Shown in pieces: positions 23,633 to 33,820 of a stretch of 33,820 bases of DNA (position 1 is the stretch's first letter; each line of letters begins with the position of its first letter). The stretch lies in the NCBI GenBank assembly GCA_030770535.1, contig JASVEC010000190.1:1-33820 (forward strand), in the 5' to 3' direction. The stretch comes from Batkoa obscura. Taxonomy: Eukaryota. The notes under the pieces are model-generated. The model had not been told where the DNA came from and ran no database searches. It saw only the letters and a list, made by a program, of their open reading frames with translations. The position numbers and the translations under genes were made by a program.

Positions 23633-24503
23633 ATGTTAAGATTTTCCAAATTATTACATCACGAAATTATTAACAGTATAAAAGTCAACAAGTTCAAATT
23701 TTCAAATAATTTTTATTCAAGTTTAAAAATGAGTACTACCGCTAGCAACCCAACTTCTGGTTTCTGCTTTGTAAAAATAATAGATATCAAACACAATGAA
23801 ATAAACTAATCTAATATTTATATTCACAAAGAACCACACCATGATCCGCGTCAAGGATCCTAAAGCTTCTGTTGATTTTTATACTAAAGTTTTAGGCATG
23901 AAGTAAGTTGTTGGCAACTCGCCATTGTTTTAGTATTTTGAAAAAATAATTACTAACAAAACACCACTTAGATTATTGCGTGAAAGCAAGATGGAATCTG
24001 GCAAATTCACCTTATATTTCTTAGGTTATTTAGGAGAAGATGAAGTACTACCTACTGAAGAATCTCAACTCCATACCTTTGTCGCCAAAAGATCAGGTGT
24101 ATTAGAATTGACTCAGTAAGTGATTTAAGATGTTTAGTATCCTACCAGAAAGACTAAATCTTTATTTTTTAGTAACTGGGGTACTGAAAATGATGACTCA
24201 TTTGAAGGATACCATAATGGAAACAAAGAACCCAGAGGGTAAGATTCTTTAATAATAATCAAGCGCTAAACGTTTAATTATTAGCTTTGGACACATTGCC
24301 ATCTCAGTCGATGACATTAATGAAGCTTGTAAGAGGTTCGATGAGTTAAAAGTTAAGTATGTTAAACGCCTTGAAGACGGTAGTATGAAACATATTGCCT
24401 TCATTGCTGATCCTGATAACTATTGGGTTGAGGTAAAAATCCTTCATTACGATGTCATAGTTTTAACTGAATTTTATTCTAGATTGTACCTAAGACTGTT
24501 TAA
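23633..24503 (+). CDS. GLO1: Lactoylglutathione lyase (glyoxalase I), short single-unit type, 6 exons; second in-frame ATG at 23729
   Basis: Spliced translation [24 protein letters not shown]...FTLYFLGY...LELTHNWGTE...[20 protein letters not shown]...[15 protein letters not shown]. The His/Glu/His/Glu metal ligands are present. Confidence 0.95.
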
Positions 24504-24910
24504 TTTTTTATTATTGGGCCTAATAAAATTTTACAATTTTTATGCTTTAATCATATTTTTTAATTATTACTTTCAAATATTGATCACTTTGTTAAAATGA
24601 AATCATTCTTATTCTCAAAGTATTATAGAGAATTTTAAAAAAATCAAATATGAATCCCATAATTTAAGACAAGCAAATGAATTTAATGCAAGGTTTTGAA
24701 AATCAAAACAATAATTTTATAAAATTAGAATAAATTAAACTAACATTAATAAAATATATATAAAAAATGGTAATTACAATACTCCAATAGTAGAATGAAA
24801 AACAATAGTAACGATCTACTTAAAAATATAGTCATTATCTTTATTCGCCCGTCGTTTAACTCAACGTAGTAATCAAATTACCAAACTTAAGTAAGTTACT
24901 TTTTTCTAAA

Positions 24911-25651
24911 ATGTTGGGCTTTCAATTTAGTTCAAAAACTAATCTTCGACTTAGCATTCAATCTATCAAAAAGGTGGCTTATTACAGTGATGTTGCCACC
25001 AAAAAAGTTGAAACACCTGGAGAAAAAACTGAAGTATCACCAAAGATCAATGAAATTGTAGATAAAATCGCCACTTTAAGTTTACTTGAAACCGCCGACT
25101 TAATTGAAGCTCTTAAAGTAAGCTATTATTTCCTTTTTAAAGCCGTATATACATTATCAAAATGAAGTTTAATTATTAATTCATTTTTTTAGTTAAAACT
25201 TAACATCAGTGAAATTGCTATGCCATCAGCGTCAGCAGCTGCTCCAGCTGCCGCTGCCCCTGCTACTGAAGCCGCTGAAGTAAATTTTATTTGTATGTTA
25301 TTTTCATGATATGTATTAACTGACAAACTTTTAAATAGGAAGAAAAACCAGCTGCTAAAAGTATTTTCACAGTTAAGCTTGAGAAATTCGATGCTGCTTC
25401 TAAAGCTAAAATCATTCGTGAAATTAAATCCATCTTACCTGGAGCTAACTTAGTAGAGGTAAGCTTATTCCTTTTTATTTTATAGAGAGAGTATTTATTG
25501 GTTTGTAACTTTTTATTAATTTTAAATCTTTTAGGCCAAAAAATTTGTTGAATCAGCACCAAAAGTAATTAGAACCGATGTACCAAAAGAAGAAGCTGAA
25601 AAAATAAAGGCCACTTTAGAAGCTATTGGTGCCACCATCGCTTTAGAATAA
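24911..25651 (+). CDS. MRPL12: Mitochondrial ribosomal protein L7/L12 (bL12m), 4 exons
   Basis: Presequence-like N-terminus, [25 protein letters not shown], an Ala-rich hinge and [21 protein letters not shown]...[16 protein letters not shown]...[15 protein letters not shown]. Confidence 0.95.
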
Positions 25652-25869
25652 AGTATAGATTTTTACAATTAACTTAATCAGATGATTATTTTTGGATTCC
25701 ACACACATTAAAAAAAATAACATAATAACTTTTATAAAAAAATTTTAATCAGTTTTTTGTATGGAATTATGATTTTATGGTAATGCATTATAGTATAGCA
25801 AGTAATTAATATGACCAATAAGTTAGTTTCAATTATTTAATATCATTAAATTCTTATTTACAATAAAGA

Positions 25870-27280
25870 TTAAGGTTGAATAGTTTGAGGATAAAAGAAG
25901 AAAGCCATAGCAATGATACAATAAGCGGCAATTAAAGTGAGCCCTTCTAACCAGTTAGATTTACCATCCTATAAAATAAATATCATAAGTATAAATATAT
26001 TTAGATAAATAATTAAAATAAACTTACTTGAATTAAATAATTAACGATTAGTACTGTAATAAACAACACGGCTGTTTCAAAAGTATCAAAAAATAAAGTC
26101 ATAGGTTGTCCAATAATCCAGCCCAAGATAACTAATACTGGAGTAACGAATAAAGCAATTTGCATAGAAGATCCTACTGCTACTCCTAAGCTGAGATCCA
26201 TCTTATTTTTCATTGCTACTGTAACCGCAGTCATGTGTTCTGATCATTATCGTTTTTAAAATCAAGAATATTAAAAATTAATAAAATGTTATTTACCTGC
26301 TGCATTACCAACAATAGGTACAAGAATAATACCAACAAAAGTATCAGATAAACCTAACTGTTGTGTTAATCCTTCAATACTACCAACAAGATACTCAGCT
26401 GAGATAGACACGATGATAGTAATACCAAGAAGGCTATACATTTAGAAGATAATAAGAATTTTTGATTGAATAAATCATATCTAAAAATTTACCAAACCAA
26501 TGCTACACCGAGAGACATGTGGGCTTCTTCCTCATCATCATCTTCAGCCTCAAATAAATGGGTGTGGGTTTTTAATTGAAAGACCAAAAAAGCGACATAC
26601 AAAATTAGCATAATAACTGCGGTACCGTGGGATAAATTCATAATTCCTTTTGCAATTTCTTTTTCACTGCCCAGAACATTATGGAAAGCAGCTGGTACTA
26701 AAAGAGAAAGTACGCAGATACCTAATAAAGAACTATTCGTTTGAGCAGCGGTAACATTAAAAGATTGCTCATCATGCTTTAATCCACCAAAGAAAAAGCA
26801 GAAACCAAGCACCTAAAAACAATTGATTTTAATTCTATTTCTTCACATAAAAATAAAAACACAAGCACTTACAAGTAAAAGATTAGATAAAATAGAACCT
26901 AATAAAGAAGCCTGTACCACACGAATAAGCCCCAATCTTAAAGCTAGTATAGAAACGATCAATTCTACAGCGTTACCAAATGTAGCGTTGACTAAACCTC
27001 CAATTGTTTGACCCATGTATTTAGCTACCTCTTCAGTTGCAGTACCAAGGAGACTCGCCAATGGTATAATTGCGAAAAAATTAAGAAAGAAGATGGCAGC
27101 GTTAGAAAGATGTAAAGAGCTTGCAATTGCTCCTAAGGGTACAAACACCAATAATATATTGATGTAATTGGATAAAAAGAGATATTTTAGCTGCTTGATT
27201 ATATTAAGATCAGGTGAAGCGCTACCACCACCTTGCTCGATGCTGCTTAATAATCGGGTAGACTCGTTGAGATTTGACAT
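25870..27280 (-). CDS. VCX1: Vacuolar Ca2+/H+ exchanger (CAX family), 5 exons
   Basis: Alpha-1 repeat [28 protein letters not shown], acidic loop EAEDDDEEE, alpha-2 repeat [30 protein letters not shown] and DGKSNWLEG. Confidence 0.96.
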
Positions 27281-28008
27281 ATAAGTTTAAGTTTATTAAG
27301 ATTAAAAGTGTAAGTTGTAGAAAAGAAAGGAATTTTGGGCTTATAAATTTGTTTGGAGTGATTTCATGTTCGACCTGATTTAGTAATTTTTCATGTCATG
27401 CATTTAATTTATTATAAATTTGAGATTTTTAATCAGTTGAAAATGGGTGGCTTATGGAGAATTAAAAACTAGTTTTGAGTTTAAGAAAGGTTTGTCGCTT
27501 CTATTTATCGAATAACAAGAAAGGTTTGTCTCTCTTCAAAACTTTAGTTTAAAGTGTTTTGAAGAAGTTGCTATAACTATCAGAAAAATAAAAGCATTAT
27601 TTTCAATGCTTATTTGAGAATTAATAGTTTGTAGCTTTGAAACATGCTGGCTTCACCTCACTGAATGCTATCGAAAATAATCAGATAATTGGTATATAAT
27701 CTTGTTATGAATACAGTATCATCACATGTTCTGTAATGTCCTTAGAAATTCAATTTTCTATTTAAAAAACAAGAATTTTCTTTATTCTCAAAGAATTTTA
27801 TAGAAAATTACCACACTTATTTATTACTGCAATTATTTAACCATTTTGTACAAATATTAGAAAAAGTTATAAATCATATTATACGCTATAAAGATATATC
27901 TGTAGTTTGTTTTATTAAATATTATTGTTCATTAAAAATGCATATAATGATTTATAGATATAAGCTCAAAAACAATAGCATAAACAATTTTATTTGTTCT
28001 AGTTACTA

Positions 28009-29308
28009 CTATTCAAAAATACCCACAATGACTTTACTATAACATTTGAGCTTAGGAAGTAAATCGCCAAAGTCTAATGAGTCATCAATTATAGACTTAT
28101 CAATTTGAATTGAAAATGACTTTCTATAAGAAATACCGGGTATTAATTCATTCTCATAATAATCAAAGTATCTCCCACCTATAAAATAATCACTTTAACG
28201 TCATTTAGAGAAAATAATATATTAAATAAAGTATTAGTTGATAAGTGAAATTGCTTAAATGTAACTTTTCTAATTGTGGTAGAGTATATATAGCAATCAA
28301 GATTTCCATGTGTTAACTATATACTTATTTTGTAAGACGATAAATAGCGTAATGGCTCAAAATAAACTCTTAAATGATACAGCTTAAATTATAAAGAGTT
28401 AATGTTTGAACGTTCTGTAATCACAGGATAATTTTAAAGGTGGATTCAAAAATATTAGTCCCATCAATACAACTTTCTTTTAAATACAAACCCTCTAAAA
28501 GTGACTGCATTGTTAGGTGTATTGGTCTAATTATATAATTATAGATAAAATCATCTATATTTATAGATACCGATTTTATTTTAGAAATATCCTCTAAATA
28601 GTTCAAAGGAACTTTATTTACTGGATTACCTTCTATCTTTAGTGTTTCAAGTGATTGAAAATTAGAATTATTATTGAGAGTTGAAGGTATTGAGAAAGCT
28701 TCACTAATAACTATTAGCTTCTTTAATTCTTCAAATAACTCTTTCAACTTACCAAGTCCGTTTAAATTGGTTGAGATACATTTAATCTTTAATACTTTAA
28801 GCTTGTATGGATCAAGTAGATTGACAAAATGGTCTAGATCAACTGGATCATTAACGCTAACTGTTAGCTTCTTAACCCGAGATAATAAAGCTATATGCTT
28901 AAACAAAATATACTGTTGATTAATTGTAATGGTTAATATCATATTCTTCAAATAAGGTAGTTCTTGTGGTATTGAATTATTCAATATATCAATATCGGTC
29001 AATTATTTATGTTCAATATCCAAAATTACAATGTCTAGACATAAAACTAAAAAGCTCAACTGGTCACTTTTTATCTTCAAATATTGTACATTGTTACTAC
29101 GATATTCATAGAAAGAATGTTGAACATATGAGTAAGTTGATGGACTCGAATAAACTGAATAACACAAATGATTAAAGATAAGCAAGTTGATTTGTTCAAA
29201 CAATGCTTTGTTTAGAAATCTTAAATCAAACAGTTGATCTGAAGGTAAGAAACTGAAGATAGTGTCAATGACAATATCAGATGAAGTATCTAGTTTTAAA
29301 GTATTCAT
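28009..29308 (-). pseudogene. F-box/LRR-like pseudogene, inverted paralog of 20319-21651
   Basis: The 5' part is near-identical to the 20319 copy, including the TAA. The 3' part is diverged but alignable (STTIRKVTFK...NTLFNILFSLNDVKVIIFIGGRY against STSIKKAIFK...LNNIRVVDFINGRC) and has several stops. Confidence 0.8.
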
Positions 29309-29357
29309 TTTATAGATTGGATAGAAAAATCAAGACATCAAGTTCTCTTTATTTATA
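28538..29357 (-). repeat. Right arm of the ~820-bp near-identical inverted repeat
   Basis: Reverse complement of 20270-21089. Confidence 0.95.
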
Positions 29358-29977
29358 CTATTCCGCAATTATACACACATATTAAAACTAATCCATTATT
29401 CACTCGTTTGTTACAATATTTGAACTAAGTTTTTTGTATATCATTGAATAAACATTTGAAAATTTAGTATATGATTTGAGCTTCTTTAGGTTTCACATAC
29501 TTAACATCAGTTATAGTACCATTTTGATGCCATATACATTAGGCTATTTTACAATCAGATTTATATAGCAAATAGACCTTTTTCACTAATAGCATAATAC
29601 CGTTTAGTAAAATAAGATATGTTTAGTAATTTTATTGATAAAGAAGCTAGAGATAAATGCTCAATATTATAAGCAATGTTTATTTTTTAGGGGGGTTTTT
29701 CCATATAATAAGCATTCGCTTGTCACATTTTCTGTGAAAACTATACTTCTATCTAAAATGAGCAATGTTTATTTATAACAATACACTTGTTTCATACTTC
29801 GTTTATATTTTGAGAAACACTTTTATATAAAAAAAGCATTGGTTATTATAAGAAACATAAATGTTCTATTTAAAATATTATATAATTAATATTTTACAGT
29901 TCGCCATTTAATTTAGGGATGTTTATTAATTATTAGGTGAATATTTATATAAAATGTAATGGTTTACCAATAACTAC

Positions 29978-30083
29978 ATGTGGGGATGTATTTTTGTGTT
30001 TAAGAATTTTACTAACAATTTTTTTGCTCAAATAGGGCTTAAAAAATGGAAAAAGCAATGAAACCAAAAAAATATCACCACAT
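29978..30083 (+). mobile_element. MITE family 1, full-length copy with variant ends (CATGTGGGG...CACCACATG)
   Basis: Internal sequence matches the consensus; termini are symmetric variants. Confidence 0.88.
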
Positions 30084-30296
30084 GCTTTAGCAAAAGTATT
30101 ATGATATTTTTTGAACATTATTGAAATTTATCTATTGAAATAATAACTCAATAAAAACATCTAAGTTCTATTTTACTAGTAACACTGTACATATGATCAA
30201 CCAATAGTGTACATACTACATCTAATTCTTTCAAAAAATAGAATATATCGTGATTAAGTGTACAAATAAATTGAATTGTTAGTTTTAATTTTATAA

Positions 30297-31770
30297 AGAA
30301 TAAAGTTTAATCAATTACCCAATGTTTTATTATATGAAATGTTTAGATATGTAAAGATAGGAAAACTATACGATCTATGACTGCTGAATAATATATACAA
30401 TAAAGTAAGTAAGGTTATTAAAGAGTGGAAAGATTGTTAGTGAAACCCTTGAAATACATCCCCGTATATTGAAAATAAATTCAAAAAAGAAAAATAGTTG
30501 AGGTACTCGAAAAAAACAAAAAGGAAAGAGAGGGCAGAGCAAATAAAGAAAATAGAGAAAGAACAGATGTGATAGAATTAAAAATCCTTCCTTCTAACAA
30601 ATCTATGGAGTATATATGTAGAATAATAGATCCATTTAATGATAATTTAGTTTTTGAATAGTTTATAAAAGATCATTGATATATTTAAACAATGGATTAG
30701 GGATAAAATATTTGACTATAAATAGGGGGGTATAGATTATTTAACTTACTGTCCTAATTTAACAGCTATCACTCTTAACGATGATCGATATATATTTATT
30801 GGCAAAAATCAAATTGAAATTAAACCTCAATACCAGGATCGAAGAAAATAGTTATCGACATGATACGTTATTACCCTCCAATAATAAATTTGTTTAAAGG
30901 TTATCTGGGTTAAATCAAAGTTTTAGATTTTACATGTTTTTGTGGTAATATGAATAATCCCATTAAATCTTTGAACCTAGCTAAATTAAAGTCTCTTAAA
31001 ATATATTTTGGTATCAGCCTAGGTCTTAATTGTTTGGATATAATCAAAACAAAGTTTATTATTTTAGAGTCATTATATCCGAAAGGATAGGAATGTATCC
31101 TTATACCAACTGAACTCAGTCCAGACTTAAACTTTGTTTCCAATTTAGATTTAATAATTAAAGATATGCTCAAAGGTGATTTTGACATCAAATATTTTGG
31201 TGATCTCAAAAAATTTAAAAGCATCAAGTTAATTGATATACCCAGCTCTTTTCTAAACAAAATAGAAATAATATAAGTCTAATCAAAGATAGTGATGTCA
31301 TTTGTTTAGGCTTTTAATTTATTAGAATCAATCAATGGAATTTTTTTCAACTATCAGCATTAAAAGAAGTGCACAGAAGATATATCAAAAACGTTATTAA
31401 AGCCGTTCTTCATTGTAAATATTAAAAATATCTGTATTAAAAATTTACAAGGTGTTTCTAAAGAAAATACTAGTAAGATTCAATTTTAATGGAAGTAAGA
31501 TTAAAGGTATCTCTGTATTTGATCTATCCAAATGTAAATTTATAAATCAGATCACAACTGGTTTTGTCGCCCTCTCATTTAACGAGTTCTTTTTATTCCC
31601 ACCCTTATTCCCAAATCTCATAGTAATCAAAATGAAACGTTTTGACTCAAAAATATAAGTCATGATATTCGAGCTATAGATATACGACGTCTTTGTTGCT
31701 TACTACGTCTATTGCACCAAATTTTGGTTCTAGGATACATAATAAATTATAAAAAATCTTAATATTGACA
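30297..31770 (+). pseudogene. F-box/LRR-like pseudogene
   Basis: F-box RIKFNQLPNVLLYEMFRYVKIGKLYDL*LLN, a half-MITE, then YLTYCPNLTAITL, INLFKGYLG*IKVLDFTCF and FDLSKCKFINQIT...LFPNLIVIKM. Many stops and frameshifts; 3' end approximate. Confidence 0.75.
30423..30467 (-). mobile_element. MITE family 1, half copy
   Basis: GAGTGGAAAGATTGTTAGTGAAA...AAATACATCCCCGTAT is the reverse complement of the MITE left half. Confidence 0.7.
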
Positions 31771-31929
31771 TGCTTGAGCATGTAAATATGCTATCTTTAA
31801 CTTTACAAATGCCTTATATTAGCCATTAGCAAATGTTTTTCTGCTTTTTGGTTTACTTTTCATATTATTATTCTTACTTTATTATTTTACTTATATTATA
31901 AAATCAGCTATAATATGATTATTTTAAAT

Positions 31930-32400
31930 TTAAATTTAAGGCTTTGGTCCTCCACACTCAAACTTTGATTACATGTAGCCACTTCAACTAAAGTCTCTTC
32001 CACTCTACTCCCTGATATAGTTGGATTTACTTATGCCTTATATGTTGTATCTAAAGCGCCTCCCCGTAGTAAATTCCTTATCTTGGCCTCTGGATTATGG
32101 GCCTCACATGGAAGTTTTATTGAAATTCAATTTAACCTTCATTTTTCATCTTTACCCTTTAATATCACCCGTCTTCCCTCTCAACTGGAATCTTTATGGC
32201 GATTGGAGAGGAAAGGTGTTACATTTCTACTCTGAAATCCGGAAAAGAACTTGGAGAGTTTGAACTCCCTACCTGTTGTTCTATAAAGCCTCTTTTGAAT
32301 GGTTTAATTTCTAGTCTTTATTGTCTGTATTGCTCGTGTTTTTTATCTAGGTTAATAGAATACTTTGGACCTTCGTCCTTCAAGAGAAAATAAAGCCCAT
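31930..32400 (-). mobile_element. Possible decayed LTR-retrotransposon gag fragment
   Basis: Locally GC-richer. Across frameshifts it reads IKIP..GKTGDIKG*R*KMKVKLNFNK...AKIRNLLRGGALD, resembling the gag P..F.G....W...M and L.G.A motifs. Pattern recognition only. Confidence 0.35.
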
Positions 32401-33788
32401 GATTTTTTTATAGGTTAAATAAAACTCATTCATTTAGACTAATATTTCGATTCATAACTTATGCCTCAAAGTGCCTTTTATTCATTTAACAATCTTCTCT
32501 ACATCAATCATTAATATCTCAACTGTTGAATTAGCTCTAATACGATGTCATACATAGCCCTTTACTTTCCCGAGTGTTCTACTCATGCGTTAGATAATTC
32601 ATGTTAAAGCTGACTTAGGGAAAGTTTTAATTAATAGTAACACCCCATATCTCATCACATTAGTTTTATTGTTATTACTGACATTGAATTTGGCACTAAA
32701 GAGCTATTTGAATCTGCTTAAAAAGGTTATTCTACATCTACGACATATAAAATAATAACTATTGCCTGTTCTAACTGTTCACAATACACCGATCTTCAAT
32801 AATGCCAGCGATACTATTTCTAGTTAAATAAGCAATAATTTTCCACCAGTTATTCATATATTTAATCACTTACATTAAAAAGATCACGTCTCCTTTTTTG
32901 AAACCGTCATATTTTAAAAAGGAGATGAGTGATTTTAAATATTTAACTGATTTTGTAGAAGAAATGACACTATCTATGTATAAATGCTATAAGTAAATCA
33001 ATACATTATACAAATGTGGTTAACCACTTATACAAGTTTTTTTAATTTAGATTATATGCTACATAGTGTAAGTTAGTAATGTTTAGAATGCTATTAGTGA
33101 TGAATTGTAATAATTTCAAGTATTATTTAACTTTAATTAAATTTTTTGGGCAAGTTTCAATTCAGATTTATTACGCTATATTTTTCATGCTATAAAGTAT
33201 TACACTTTAAGGTGGATAAGTTTTATCATAAAATAGAACACTATAGCATATAAAAAAGCTTTGTATCAATTAATTTAAAATTCTAAGTTCCTAGATTTAT
33301 TCAAAATTGCGCTATTCCGTAAAGTTATCATCCTTATTGATATTAAAGCATAATATAAAATTAATTATTATTTAAAGTGACCAAAATTTAAAAGTATAAT
33401 AAAATTTAAAGAAAAAGCTAATAAAATTAAAAACTACCTTTTATTCCTCAGTAGCTATTAGCTGTAAATTGGAAATTTATTTTTATTATTAGTGCCCACG
33501 AATTTAAATTTCTTTATTCTTTTATTCTTTAATTTTCAACTCCTTTTTAAAAAAGTCCAGCATAAAAACTCAAATTTTTTTTACGTATGACTCCGTTAAT
33601 AAAAGTTAAAACTAATTGCAGAATAACCATATTCAGTCTGGGACTATTAGCGAATATTTATCTCGATGTATGGTAGCAATTAATTATTAAAATATTTACC
33701 ACAGTGTCACTATGGTTCCAAACCAGTATAAAAGAAACAAATGCGCATCTCTAAATCAATAAGCAATTAAGTTTGATACTAAATTGAA

Positions 33789-33820
33789 ATGTTACTTAAA
33801 GGAAATTTGATTACAGCTTT
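33789..33820 (+). CDS. 5' end of a probable second secreted S1 protease paralog, truncated by the window edge
   Basis: 28 nt identical to 17229-17256 (CAATTAAGTTTGATACTAAATTGAAATG), a matching TATA spacing, and MLLKGNLITA against MIQKEILIKA. Confidence 0.6.
   Translation, partial: MLLKGNLITA

Noticed and set aside
2848..27011. Small ORFs at 2848, 4524, 10090, 22904, 25287 and 26823
   Set aside because: All are antisense to, or span introns of, well-supported genes.
30910..31260. 116-aa minus-strand ORF
   Set aside because: It is antisense to the plus-strand LRR pseudogene, whose frame aligns with the other family members.
32883..32933. Hairpin TCTCCTTTTT...AAAAAGGAGA as a terminator or ncRNA
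   Set aside because: Single short stem in AT-rich eukaryotic intergenic DNA, with no recognisable RNA family features.
1..33820. Stop-codon reassignment as an explanation for the many in-frame stops
   Set aside because: Conserved genes (MAK16, GLO1, MRPL12, VCX1, P450, protease) have no internal stops and end in TAA. The disrupted genes also carry frameshifts and MITE insertions.

Overview
Very AT-rich eukaryotic DNA with short GT-AG introns, most consistent with an early-diverging fungus such as Conidiobolus/Neoconidiobolus (Entomophthoromycotina); the taxon is inferred, not shown. Two compact housekeeping blocks alternate with accessory DNA. Block 1 (0.2-6.4 kb) holds long-form RNase Z, MAK16 and a Rae1/Gle2-like WD40 gene. 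Block 2 (22.0-27.3 kb) holds a second Rae1-like gene, glyoxalase I, mitochondrial L7/L12 and the vacuolar Ca2+/H+ exchanger. The accessory DNA contains a cytochrome P450, a secreted S1 protease with a Trp/Gln/Glu repeat inserted inside its catalytic domain, and the 5' end of a probable second protease paralog at the window edge. It also contains seven disrupted F-box/LRR-like genes, about 11 copies of a ~100-bp MITE, a foldback element and a probable gag relic. The MITE occupies the same homologous site just after the F-box in three paralogs. An ~820-bp near-identical inverted repeat lies inside an older, diverged inverted duplication that brackets block 2. All alignments and splice models were made by eye.
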